A stretch of 64,000 bases of DNA from Podarcis gaigeae. Its lineage: Eukaryota. Below the pieces are notes generated by a model. The model was not told the origin of the DNA and made no database searches. It saw nothing but the letters and a program-made list of their open reading frames with translations. Where the stretch lies: assembly GCA_964106915.2 (NCBI GenBank), contig OZ066925.1. One strand, given 5' to 3'. Both the position numbers and the translations under genes were made by a program. Positions 48,653 through 61,436 of this stretch are shown in pieces; position 1 is the first letter of the stretch, and each line of letters opens with the position of its first letter.

Positions 48653-49069
48653 GCCTCCTGCTGCTGCTGCTGCTGCCGCGCCGCCGGAGCACGATTTCTG
48701 TTCTCATCCTGAAGCAAAGTTCTTAACCCAAGGTACTATTTCTGGGTAATCGGAGTCTGTAACCTGAAGTGTATGTAACCTGAGGTACCACTGTAGTTGA
48801 AAAAAATCATTTAGTAATGTTCCTTTGTCTGCTTTTTTTTTAAAAAAAGTAGAATGCACTGTTACTTCAGAAAACAGACTCCACCCAAAGTGGTTATTTT
48901 TTCTGTGCCTTGTTTCATTGTTGGTTTTTAGCACGTGTAGCGAGAAAGAGAGAGAGAGAGACTGTATCTGTATCTGTATACTGTATATATGAGTGAGAGA
49001 ACAGGTTTGTTATAAGAAAAGTTAACATGAGATTAAAACTGCAAAAATTGTGGATTTATTTTCGCACTT

Positions 49070-49546
49070 TGTCAGGGACTCGAAGGACAGTGATGGGTGT
49101 GCACCAGGAGAAGAGGGGATGGAGTCAGACTCAGGAGAGCGGGGCAGTGATTTGTGGGGAACTGTACCGATCAGGAGACAAGAGTTGGAGGCAGGGGAAA
49201 CTTCAGAGATGGAAGGTGGAGCACAGGATGGGTTGGAAGAAAAGGAGGAAGAGGCAAGTCAGGCAAGTGAGGGGACGATGCTTGCCCACCCTCTTCTGCA
49301 CCACTGTCCCAGAACGAACAGGCTGAAAAGGGCTGAATAGGCTCAGTCTTCAGCTATGTGTGCACAGTCTATTGTAGGAAGGTACATAAAAGTGGTAGAA
49401 GGGGAGTGGTCCCCTGTTGCTGCAACTGCTCCCTAGAGCACAGCCGTGTACAAATATCCAGAGCTGCAGAAAGGGCTGTAAGTGCTATCTTGGACAATAA
49501 AGAGTTAACTATTTGCCATTCCTTTGACTGGGGCGTGCTCTTGACA
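49070..49546 (+). mobile_element. Solo LTR (477 bp), unrelated to the Copia LTR; possibly Gypsy-type
   Basis: TGTCAGGG...CTCTTGACA termini, 5-bp TSD CACTT (49065-49069, 49547-49551), AATAAA near 49496. Confidence 0.85.
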
Positions 49547-49562
49547 CACTTAGGGGGCAAAA

Positions 49563-49885
49563 TATTTTATTTGTTTGTTTAGTAAAAAAATATTCATATA
49601 GCGCTGTGTTATAAAATATCGCAGTGTTTGCAACCATGTAAAAGCATAAAGCCAGATAATAAAATCATAAAAGCTTAGAAACAGATTAAAATCAAATAGA
49701 AATCAGAAACAGACACCAGTGGAACATTGTGGGGGAATATATGCTTCATTGGCTGCATAGGCCTGGCAGAATAGAAAAGTTTTCAGCAGGCATTTAAATG
49801 TTGGCACAGAAGACACCTGCTGAATTTCAATCGGCAAGGTGTTCCACAGGACTGGGTCGATGACACTAACGGCTTGATTTCTTAT
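49563..49885 (-). mobile_element. L2-type LINE 3' fragment
   Basis: Minus-strand translation AVSVIDPVLWNTLPIEIQQVSSVPTFKCLLKTFLF. Confidence 0.75.
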
Positions 49886-52087
49886 AGAATACAGTACGAA
49901 ACGTGTGTGCGCATCCAAGTCTTAAACACACACTGAACCCTGTATAAAGGAGCAGAAATCTATTGTGGGATTAAGGGCTTTAGAGTGTGGTGTTCGGTTT
50001 CTTTGACTCAGGTAGGATACAATGGATGCTGACTATATTGGAGCACTGTTTGCACATGTTTCAGTCACTGCTCAGGCTTAGTTTAAAGGGAAGCATATAG
50101 CTAAATGCTGAGGATCTGTAATAAAAGCAAACATTTGTTGTTGAGCTGTAAATCTGTTAAAGCTACTCTTAAGAAGACTAAATAAATGATGCTTTTCCAG
50201 GCTCCCCTCAAAATACGCCTGCCTGTGTGATGCCTATTAATACACATACAAAGAATGCAAAGGGTTGCCAGAAATAGTGCATCCCTAAAACACCTTTTTA
50301 TGCTGCAATAAATTATTGCTTGTCACTTTTATTTTACATATTTTAAAAAGTTCTGCCCCACTTTTCACCACGTATTCCAAAGCAACTTACTGGGGGGGGG
50401 GGGTGTGGAACCATATAATATGCAAAAAAAATAAGCATACAACATTAGAGAGTAGAATATTAGAACAATATTCAAGGTGCAAAGGCCTCTTGAAATAAAA
50501 CTTTTAGCTTAGTGACAGAAACTTAACAGTTTTATTGCATCATCAACGTACATGACACTTTAAAAAGTAAGAAAAAAGTAAGATACCTAACCAGGTATAC
50601 AGTTGAATAGCTGAGAAGGAAATGAAGATAGCCAGGTTTTTAAAAAATGCATTACATGTATTTAGGCTTTATTTCAACAGGGTGGTTCAACAGGGTGGTT
50701 CAAAGTATTTACTATATAATTAAGGAAAATATTATTAACATGTGTAATATGTATTTTTAAAATTAATATCACTGCAACCACCTTCCTAGATAATCCCATG
50801 TGGTATCAACTCTCTCTTTCTTCACATTTCTCATCACAATACGTATTTTCTGCTGAACCTTAATTCTTATTTCCAGCTATAACCAAGTTTGAATGTGCAT
50901 TGTCTCTCTGTCTCTCCCTCCACTTTACCTGTTTCCTTTCTCACTGTTCCTTTAGATTGTAAGCTCCTTTGGGACATACAAGTTGCATGTATGTTGATGG
51001 TGGTATAGCCAAAATAAAATTTTAAAAGATGTAGAACTGTATACATAATAAATGTGTATAAGTTAATAAATGTACTATCCAGCAGTAATTTTCTTCAGAA
51101 GGTGTTTGTCACATTTGTGCAGCATTACCAAAGTCTTTACAAGCACGTGAACTGATAAATATATTCCTAGTTATTTTTCTGATCTTTGAACTTCCTCCCC
51201 CTTTTGAAAATAATCAATTCCTCTTCTAATGTGTGAAATATTATTATCTGTATTTTTCATTGCATCTGCATTTGAAATCTTTAGTTCCTCTTTTTAATCT
51301 GTCCTTGTTTTTTCAAAGGCTGTGTTTTTCTTTTCTTTCCCCCCCACTGCAACTGCTTAAATACTATAATCTTTTAAGAAATGCAATTTTCTCTTCGTAT
51401 TTCTGACTCTGAGGAGTATGGGAGGTTAATTGACTCTGCTGAATATACACTTGAAGTGGAACAAGTAGAAAGATGAGATGGGTCTTTTGCAACAGGGTAT
51501 GTTCAGACATTCCCCATGTGTTTGGCAGTTGCTGCCTTAGTAGGAGTCCTTATTTACTACAGCATGCAATAGGCTTTAAGGTTATTTCCTACACATGTGC
51601 ACCCAAGCAGAGAATAGCAATAAATGCAGAATGTTTGGGACAGGAAGTATAGTACAGTAGGAACATGATGCTAAGATAAGATCTGGATTCTGTTTTCCTG
51701 CTTGCAATTGGATGGTTGTCTTAACTTGGGCAAGTTTAAATAACTTTGGGTTCCACTAATATAAAACAGAACAAAATGACTGAGTAGTAATCCAGTGTAC
51801 TAAGGCTGCAAAGTTATTTGAATGCAATAGCAGTAGTTGTCAACCTTTGGGGGCCTGTTGGCACATTTTGAATTTTGAAAGAGTGCTCCATCACCTTAGG
51901 TTGCTTTTTTCTCTCCCGTCTCCTAGGTCACTCCCATCCCCCACTGTCCCCTCACCCCAACGGAGAGGGGGGAAGCAAAGAGATAGCCATTTGCTTTACC
52001 TGGAGCCCAGGTAAAAGTTAGATCCAGTAGAATTGAAATATGTCCTTGTTTAGAACCACAGTAGTCCTAGAATGCTTGGAAACACAG

Positions 52088-52330
52088 ATCAATCAGTCAG
52101 TCAGTCAGTCAATCAATCAATCATTTTATTTGTATGCCGCCTTTCCAAAGTTAAACCCATGCTTAAGGCAGTTGACAACATAATAAAACATAATTACAAA
52201 CATAACAAAAGTAGTCACAAACACTACAAAACAGCAAAAAGCACACACAAACTTAGTATCAATAACAGCAACAACCCCACCCACCCCTCAAAAAACCCTA
52301 AACAGTAACACCAGCCCAAGAGTCTGTTCA
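52088..52330 (-). mobile_element. LINE (L2-like) 3' UTR fragment with (TGAT/TGAC)n tail
   Basis: (AATC/AGTC)n followed by TTTATTTGTATGCCGCCTTTCC...AAGGCAG. Confidence 0.5.
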
Positions 52331-53022
52331 ATATCCTCAGCTTTTGTAGCTGGAGTCAATCAGGTCCCCACCCTCCCAGGCCAGGCTGAAGAAGCCCTGC
52401 AAGGCAGGGAGCAGCTCTTCCAGGACTCAAAGCCATGATGGTCCTCATGAATTTTTCCCCATTTTTACATAGGTCACCACTGCCATCAAATCACAGAACA
52501 CATCTGTGGGCACAGAGGGCACATAGGATTTTGATAGTGGTTTTGTGAGGATCACTTATAAACATTATGAAACTCCATGCTTCTGATCCTTGTTTTTTGC
52601 ACAATGCAACCATTTCAGACCACCAGTTCCATAACATCTATGGTTTAGTCAATGGAGACAGCACAAAAAAACAAATATGCAACTTGAAGAGAACCTGCCT
52701 TACGGGATTCAGCTTTTATGTGTGCATGTGTGCCACCTTTCTCTTCCTCTGGCACTACGGTCTCTCTCCAATTTGGCTGTGTCTCCCAAAGCCCTTGCTG
52801 TCTTCCGATGGCTCCTCTTTTCTTCCTACCCTCTCAGTTGCTGCCCAGCTGCTCAGGTACCAATCTGAGCATTGAAACCTGAACTGAAAGAAGTAGGCGA
52901 GAACACAACTGAACATCCTTCAGCTGTGTACTTTTTTTTATTGGAGGGAGGTAACCACTTCACAATGTAAGGAATGTGAGAGCAGGAGATCACAGACATC
53001 TCATGTGCCAGTAGAATTTCTC

Positions 53023-53185
53023 CAGTGGCGTAGTGTGGGTTGTCAGCACCCGGGGCAAGGCAAGTAATTTGCGCCCCCTAACCCGTGGATTTGCGCCCCC
53101 TAACCCGTGGATTTGTGCCCCCTAACCCCAAGATGTTGCGCCCAGTGCGGCCGGCCCCCCCTGCACCCCCCACGCTACGCCACTG
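53023..53185. mobile_element. hAT-type MITE with internal 22-bp tandem repeats
   Basis: TIRs CAGTGGCGTAG / CTACGCCACTG; perfect 8-bp TSD AATTTCTC (53015-53022, 53186-53193). Confidence 0.92.
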
Positions 53186-53737
53186 AATTTCTCAAATGTC
53201 CAACTGAATCAGTGTTGGCGGCCCTAGGATGTAAATACATAAAAACAATTAGGAAATAGCTTTGTTCAGGCTTTCTCACGCAGGTACAATCAGCAGCAGT
53301 TGTCATTCTTTCGCAAGAAGTCACACAAGCAGACCTAACTTGTTTTTATTTAGTTTCACTTCTTCCTAATACGTTCTAGCACATGTTGCAAAATAGCACT
53401 TTTATGAGTAGTTCCATTCAGTTATATCGTGCATTAGGTTGCTCAGAACTATTCACATATGTTATTTTGTTCGTAATCCAGAAGAACCCTGGAAAGTAGG
53501 TCAGCAGATGGGGAATCTGAGACAATACATGATTGCTTGCCTACATGGTGAGTTCATGTCAGAGGTAATCTTTGACTGGATATATCTTTATTCATTACTC
53601 AATCACTTACTCACTATGCAGCACCCAACTTGCAAGACACAGGGGTGTTCATAGTTGAAGTCAGATTTCTAGTTCCAGCCCTTGATCTTCAGTCCACCCA
53701 CTACCCCCAAAAAAATGTTTACATTCTAGTACAGTTT

Positions 53738-54069
53738 GGGATGTGGGTGGCGCTGTGGTCTAAACCACAGAGCCTAGGGCTTCCCGATCAGAAGGTTGGC
53801 GGTTCGAATCCCCACGACGGGGTGAGCTCCTGTTGCTCAGTCCCAGCTGCTGCCAACCTAGCAGTTTGAAAGCATATTGAAGTGCAAGTAGATAAATAGA
53901 TACCGCTCCAGCAGGAAGGTAAACAGCGTTTCTGTGCGCTGCTTAGTCATGCTGGCCACATGACCCGGAAGCTGTATGCCGGCTCCCTTGGCCAGTAAAG
54001 CGAGATGAGCGCTGCAACCCCAGAGTCTTTCGTGACTGGACCTAACAGTCAGGGATCCCTTTACCTTTT
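53738..54069 (+). mobile_element. Sauria SINE (subfamily A type)
   Basis: Head, body and tail present; flanking direct repeat TACAGTTT. Confidence 0.92.
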
Positions 54070-56486
54070 TACAGTTTGGTTTAAGAAATGTTCTGTATCA
54101 GACCTTTAAATCCAAGTTATTTTTTGTTACGGTGAATGTACCTCCTATATCCTGAGTGACTATTTATGCACGGCTCCAGTTATATTTTAGTAGGCGAAAT
54201 ATTATTAAATTGCTTATTAGAACTGCTTTGCCTGGTAGCAAGCTGGTGTATAAAAGTCTTGCCCGAGCCTGCTAAGAAGTTCTTTCAGTCTTACCTCTCA
54301 TTTGAGAACAAATTGTTTGTGATTGCACGAACATTACTCTGTGCCTGTTTCGTCTTTTCTGTCTAGCCCAGCCTTGTAAATAAGCCCACCTGCAAAAAAA
54401 TAGAATACTGATCCTGCAGATGCTGGCAGAGGTGTAGCAGAGTGCTACATTTCTGTGCTGGTCATAGGAGGGACAGAATGCTCCATTTTTCCTCTGCTAG
54501 GCCACTCACTTGCCTACATGCAATTCCTGGTCACCTGTGGGTTTTAATACAAGGCAAGGTCTGTCAGCAGATTTTAGTAAAATAAGCTGATTTTCAAGTG
54601 TATTTGTATTATTATGCTTGTAATCCAATTCTGTTTCTTAAAGTGTGATACACCACAACCAAAAGAATTTTGAACCACATAAAGTGGAATACCAAAGGGT
54701 ATGCTTATTTTATTAGAGTTGAACTTCATTACTATGATCAGCCACCATTACGTTGTTATAGACAAGGTGATATTGCTCTAACAGGCATTATATTTTCAAA
54801 CAGTTTCATTTGGTAAACCAGATGCTTTCACAGATAATGCTGTCATGCTATTTGTTAAAGGCTCATTTGGTTTTCTGGCTTTGATTCAGCATAAACAAAA
54901 GTGCTCCTCTACTGATACATCGAAAAGTTATTTCATATAACAGCTTATGTTTTCAGTCAAGATATTCCTTACTCTGCTGAGATGCAAAATAAAAATGTAC
55001 ATACTATCCAATAGCAACAACGGCAGTTGGTGTAGTCAGCTCCACTTTTCCTTATTCCAGATGTGTGTAACTATTTGCAGTATATATATTGCAGGACAAA
55101 AGTGATGTTTCTACCAACCCAGCTATTTTGTAGTATGGTTATTACAGTATCACTTCATCCCAAATACATATTATACAATCTGGAATACTTTTAGCAGAAT
55201 AATCCTCAGCTGCTTCATTTATTTAGATTTATATAGTCCACTGCATAAGTTACAAGACAGTGCAACAAGCAGAATAAAAGGAATGCATAAAATCAATAAA
55301 ATAACACAATCATTAAACTTCATAACATCACAACTCGTAACAGTTCACTAAATAGTCACTTACTAACAACAGTGGCTGCTAATCCATGTATCTGATCAGG
55401 CCTCCTCCGCCTCCTACAAATGGACAATGAAAAAGGTGCATCTTAAATGGCTTTTCTCATTTTAGACAGGAGTTTTCTTAAGTATTTATAACTATTTATG
55501 TGCATTTGATTTCATTTTATTTCACAAATTTACAGTACAATCATAGGCATATTTACTTGGAAGTAAGTCCCTGTAATCAATGGTGAGTCTGCATCAGAGT
55601 GCAAACTTAATTGCTGCTAATATAGTCACACAGCTGTAAAATGCAGTTGTACTTGGAGCAGCAGGTCAACTCACAGGCCAAACAAATCAGTTTCAAGTTT
55701 TAATAAAACTTTGGACAAGCTGAATACATGTGGTTTACATAAACCAGCTGCTTGAGTGAAAGACTGTTCTCTGATATGGCAGGGATCTATTTGTGGTGAT
55801 GTTTGTTCCTTGGCCAACCAGAGCAATCTGATAAGCTAATAAAGAGAACGATGCTATGTTTGCCTTAGTGTAACATCTAGTTACATCCTTATGTCAACTG
55901 AAACTGGCTCACATGACTGCTTTCAGTAAATATCTGAAGTTATAATCTGGGCTAACCTCCTTTTACACTTTCCCCAAGGTCTGCAATTCTGAATATTAAA
56001 ATGAATCACCCTGTAGGCTAGAATGGTTGTAGCTGCTTCCTAAATAGATTTTTTTTAAAGGAAAAAAACCCCTCCCCGTAATAGTTTATAAAAGGCTCTA
56101 AAGCCTTATGGAAATTCTGAAATTATTTTCTGTGGCAGAATAAATATCATTTATCTTTTTAAATATCTCAGAAGAATCCCAGCAATAATCTTCTTCTTTT
56201 TAACAAAAAGAGTTGTGATTTTTAAAATTTCCAAAAGAGCTTGGCAGGAAACAACTTGCCTTGTGTTTTAAATCCATACAATTACTTTAAATATTCTTGA
56301 AAGTAAATGCATTTGCAAGTATTCACTATTGTTTAAAGGTAATATACAGGTGTTTTGTCTTGGTATCTTCTTCTGCTAGACTTTCTCATTATTACTCCAC
56401 CAATGGTTCCTAGTCCTCCTCTGTTTAACAGCTTAATTACAATTTTGGAGCAGGAGGGTATGGCAGATATACACATGTTCTAAGTA

Positions 56487-56709
56487 CAGTCGTACCTCAA
56501 CTCCTGAACGCCTTGGGAGTCAAACGTTCCTGCTCCCGAAAGATTAAAAACTGGAAGTGAGTGTTCTGGTTTTTGAACATTTTTTGGGAAGCCAAACATC
56601 CTATGTGGCTTCCGCTATTGTTTCCAGCGTGCCTGCAAAATCGGAAACCAATCAGAAGCTGTGCCTTGGTTTTCAAACATTTCGGAAGTTGACTTCTGAG
56701 GTACGACCG
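56487..56709. mobile_element. Tc1/mariner-type MITE
   Basis: TA|CAGTCGTACCTCA ... TGAGGTACGACCG|TA. Confidence 0.85.
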
Positions 56710-58854
56710 TACTCTCTTAATATAAAATCCATGTATGTTTGCTTGCCTTTTCATAGAGTATCGTTTTTATTACAATGCAGAAAAATAATTTTGATTAAGT
56801 TCAATGGGACTTACTCCTACTTAAGTGTATGTATAAATTGGCAGACTTAGTCCTCCACCTCTGCTGCATCAGTGATAGATTGTATACTGTTGGTTAGCAG
56901 TTCCAGAATTTAAGGTTTGGTTTCGTGTTGGTCAGAGGAAAATTTCCAAGCATGCCAGAGGTACTGCCCCTTCCCTTACACTTCCCCCAAATGCGTATAT
57001 TTTCTTATATATAGTGATGAAATTGCTTAACTGAAAGGGATTTCCAGATTGGGTAACCCAGTTCCTTGCAGTGAGACTGTCTCCCGTCCTCAGATATTCT
57101 TAAAATATTTGGTCTCATTTTCCATATGATCAGTAAATGAACTGTAAGCAAGTTTCAGGAGCAAGCAAGGGTAATAAATCCAGATGTAAACTGCCACTGA
57201 CGCGAAAAGCTAGTTAAATGGGCAAGTAAGTGTTAACTCAACTGACAATAGCATGCCACTTTGAAAATTATGAATGCACCCAAAGCTGCTCTTACCTGAA
57301 TTTCTCTTGGAAGCAGCCATTGTAGCAACATATTAAAGAGTGTAACATAGTTTTATGGGTCTCTTATAGCATCTGTCTAGACTTGAAATATAGAAATAGA
57401 TATTTAATGCTGTGTTTGGCACTGTTGCAATAAATAGGATGCAGTGTCATTATTCTGAACTCCTTTCTTTTTAACCTTTCTGCTCAGTGACATCCATTTA
57501 TCATGAATAAATGGCCAAATCAATGGACTTGTTCTGTGGCAGGATAATAATTATATTTTGACATTTTACCTATAGTAATAGTTTTCTGAGAGATTCTCAT
57601 AATTGTCCCATTGAATTTGGAACTTTCTCTTTTATTTTCCAACGACTCTTCATACTTACAATCCCAGTTTAAGAAAGGAGGTAAACTACTATTGTATTGA
57701 ACATCCCTTTTTGAGGCAGAACTGTATCCCCAGGAAACTCCTAACTCCTCTGTCTCATTTAACAGGGACAGAAGATACCTAAAAATCATATCAATAAGGC
57801 AAGGCCATTTTCCCCATTGCAGCCATTTTATATTGCCTCTCAGGCATGTGTGCACTGGTTTTCCTCTTCGAGCTGTTTGCACCTTTTTGCCTAACCTGGG
57901 AGAGCTAGTAGACAATAGTCTTGTGGCATATATATTCATAATGATCAATACTTCCATGGTCTGCAAAAGCTTTGTTATTTTTGCCACAACAGATTAATAT
58001 ATCTACCCTTCTAGAAACTGAAGGGGAGAGGAAGCATCCTTGTTTACTTGCAATTAAATCTTCTCCTGGAAAGCATTCAAATATCAGATTTTGACCTAAT
58101 GCAAATTGCACCTTTAGAAGTATTCTGTAGTAATACTGCTTCAGTTAATGCTTCTTGTAGCAGCAGGTGCTCACAAAAATGAAATGTTTTCGCAGAAATG
58201 AACATTCACCATTCTCCCATTTGGGGATAGATGAGTTGTACAGATGCTTATCTTCAGTGCCTTTAAGCTCACAAGAAGTGCTAGCAAACTGTACACTTTT
58301 TAGAGTAAGGTCTTTGCTACAGCAAATTGAAGAATTCATTTTTATTATTTGTTTGTTTGTTTTTAGTACAATATACCATTCTTAATAGCCTTTTCAGCAT
58401 GCAAGAAAATAGATGGCTCAAAAAGACTCTTTCAAAATACAGCTTTAATAATTTTTTTCTTTAACTCTATAAAGATTAAGGGAGTTACTCATCCCTCTGG
58501 CTATTTTAAATGCTGTTGGTGGTGTGGAATCATGCTGTGTTACATGGAGATAAACATGAGGATAAGTTAATTCCTTTAAAAGAATTACTAGTTTATACAA
58601 AGAAGTTTTATACTTAAAATCAAAGATGCTTTGAAGTATCTTATAAAGATCCATTTCTTTGTGGGACAGCAACATATCCTAGGTATATGAGAAGCAAACA
58701 TTTTGTAATGTAAACGTATAAATCCAGATTGAGTTATTCAGTTGAAAAAGGTTTAAATGATTTACAATTAAGTAATTTGATTGTAAATTAAACCAACTGT
58801 AAAAAAATTCACTGCAGGAGTGTTGGTGTATAACTTTTACAGATTGCTATAAAG

Positions 58855-59161
58855 CAGGGTGGTCCAACATGTGGCCCAAGGGCCACATGAAGCCCTCAAG
58901 ACTTTTTTTTGGCAGCCATCAGCAACATTTGATGCCCCTACCCTCACACTGCATTCACAAAGCCAGATAAGTGAGCCACTGGTTCCTAGAGTCTGCACAC
59001 CCCCTTCCCAAAGCTTAGTTAGCACTTACCCAGCTTTGGGAAGGAAGTGGGAAGGCTCTAGGACCCTACCAGAGCCTTGTGCTTCCTTCCCAAAGCCCGT
59101 GTGTGGCCCATGGCTTCCATATTGAAGTACTCCTGCAACCCACTTGGTAGGAAAAGTCCTG
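58855..59161. mobile_element. Old hAT-Charlie-like MITE
   Basis: Starts CAGGGTGGTCCAAC; 8-bp flanks CTATAAAG / CTTTAAAG (1 mismatch). Confidence 0.6.
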
Positions 59162-59583
59162 CTTTAAAGGCATTTTCCTGAGACAATGTGTCTTTTAATT
59201 TCCTTTATCAGAGTTGTTAGTCACTAGCAGTTAACTAGTTAGTGTGTTGTCAGTAGCTTTTATTTTGCAAGGAATCAGTTAAATAACAAAACAGCTCTCC
59301 TGTAGGCTTGTAGAGGAATAAATGTAGCTTAATTCAGATTGAGGATGCTATGCTGGGGTACAGGAACCATTTCCCCAGCTGAGTCCCCTCACCTGGATCT
59401 GCTGTTTGCCTCCTGTTGGGGATAATGCTGCATAGTAGGAAAGATTTCTGCCCCGGAACTAACTGTGGCCACTGTCTGAAATTAGGTATCTCTGCGGCTG
59501 CATTTGCCATTCTTAAAAAGACTAGATTTCCCATTATCTTCTTCAGTTGTACTTAGTCAGGAAGAAAAGCCGCATCTTGAAAT

Positions 59584-59640
59584 AATCATAGACTTTTAAG
59601 AGTTCAGTGGGACCACAAGGGTCATCTAGGCCCTGCAATG
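59584..59640 (-). mobile_element. CR1 3' terminal fragment
   Basis: AATCATAGA...AGAGTT...GGGACCACAAGGGTCATCTAG. Confidence 0.5.
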
Positions 59641-60569
59641 TAGTATAAAGAGCAGTGGGAAGAGTGTTGTGTGTCAGTTTGCACAGACAAAAAACTACTG
59701 TAATACAGTAAGGCAGGTAAGAAAGAGGGGCACCTATAGTTTGAATAGAATGAAGGATTTACTGGAGAGATGTAAACAATTTAAAACAACATTTTTTCTT
59801 AAGTTCATGCTATTCCATGTCCACCTGCCTTTTCCCCCAATTATCACTACTGAGCTCTGAGTGTGCTTCTATGAGTTACTGAAGATAATATATTACACAA
59901 CTACAAGTGTCATCAGTTGTGAAGCAGATATGACATTAGCTTCAACCCATATGAGTTCAGCTGGAGTTTTACCATTGAGTTGCATACGAGAAATGGAAAG
60001 AAAAGGCTAACATGCCTTACATCTTGCAAGGCTATTTAAAACTTTTAAATGGACTGTTTTGAAATAATTGCAATGGCAGATAATACATTTAGCAAACTGA
60101 ACCTGAATCTTTTAACAATTACAATTAATTCTATATTTCATGTAGGCAAGTTAAAATTTAATTCCGTACAGTTAACATTTAGCTCTGTGAAAAGAGCTTG
60201 TATTACCCCTGTGTGACATTTGGATCTATACTTCATCTTTGTGGCTTTTAGGATGAGATTGACAGTGATTACAAAGATTCCCCTGCCAATTATTTGCTGA
60301 GACTAGGAAAGGGGTTCTTAAATATTCCATGACCTTGATTATTAAAGCAGAATGTTGCAGAATATGCTTCAATCTTGTCACTGTCTAATCTTTGTTTCTC
60401 TAAGCTATACATAGCTAGTTCCTTTGGGGGGGGGGGCGTGTTATGTACTAGTTTTCCAAAGCCACTCATCTGGATCACAGTTTGCTTTCAGATTTTTTTT
60501 TTTTTAAAGCAAGCAAAAACTAGAATATGGTTTTGCTGCTGCAGGAGCTTCATCGTTAATATTCTTATT

Positions 60570-60785
60570 TACATATATATTCCATCCTTTCTCCAGGGAG
60601 CTCAGAGGAAGTCTGGTGCTTTCCATATGTTTGCCCTCATTATAACCCTTGAAATCGGTTACACTGAGAGTTTGTTAATGGCTCAACATCTTCCAGTGAG
60701 CTTCATGCCACTAAGTGGAGATTTGAATCCAGGTCTCCCCAGTTCTAGATCTACCACTGTCTAACCACTGTACCACACAGGCTCT
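60570..60785 (-). mobile_element. CORE/MIR-like (Squam3-type) SINE, diverged
   Basis: GGAGATTTGAATCCAGGTCTCCC...CTAACCACTGTACCACACAGGCTCT; similar to 36720-36888. Confidence 0.7.
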
Positions 60786-60918
60786 CTCACTCTTGCATAA
60801 AGTGCTTCTTACTGTAGCCCAGATAACCTATGTAGTTTTAAACAATCATATCCAACTGTAGATTTGTGTTTAAATTACAATCCATTAAAATACCTGGTTG
60901 TTTTCAGTGATGCTAGAA

Positions 60919-61131
60919 CAGTGGTTCCCAAACTTGTTTTGGCCATGCCCCACCTAAGCGTCTCTAAAATCCTGATCACCGCCCTTCTTGACGTATAATT
61001 CTTATTATTCAAAAAGTGAACTCCTATTCCTGTGGAGGAAGCTTAAAGGCCGTTAGCTGTTAATAACTCAATTCTCAAATTGCTCCCCTTAAAAATCAGA
61101 TTACCCCTTGTGGGGTGTGCCCCACGTTGGT
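60919..61131. mobile_element. hAT-Charlie-like MITE, right TIR eroded
   Basis: Starts CAGTGGTTCCCAAACTT; flanks TGCTAGAA / TGCTACAG. Confidence 0.55.
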
Positions 61132-61213
61132 GCTACAGCTTTAACAGTCTCTCAAGTGCATCATTTGTGCACATTATTTTTCTTATCAATATATACACCT
61201 TCAAATGTATATA

Positions 61214-61436
61214 AAGTGGTACCTCAGGTTACATACACTTCAGGTTACATATGCTAACCTAGAAATATTACCTCGGGTTAAGAACTTTGCTTCAGGATGA
61301 GAACAGAAATTGTGCTCAGGCAGCATAGCAGCAGCAGGAGGCCCCATTAGCTAAAGTGGTGCTTCAGGTTAAGAACAGTTTCAGGTGAAGAACAGACCTC
61401 CAGAACAAATTAAGTTCTTAACCCAAGGTACCACTG
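61214..61436. mobile_element. Tc1/mariner-type MITE; uninterrupted paralog (opposite orientation) of the Copia host MITE
   Basis: AGTGGTACCTC ... AGGTACCACTG|TA; contains GCAGGAGGCCCCATTAG, i.e. a single GCCTC site. Confidence 0.9.

Larger units (their letters stand above)
43890..48793. mobile_element. Tc1/mariner-type MITE (43890-43988 + 48658-48793) hosting the Copia insertion
   Basis: TA|CAGTGGTACCTC ... GAGGTACCACTG|TA; the two halves rejoin to match the uninterrupted copy at 61214-61436. Confidence 0.9.

Noticed and set aside
49050-49340. Acidic 96-aa ORF as an env-like or accessory gene of the Copia element
   Set aside because: Outside the Copia LTRs and TSD; lies in an independent solo LTR
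53066-53130. CRISPR-like repeat array
   Set aside because: Head-to-tail repeats without unique spacers, inside a eukaryotic MITE
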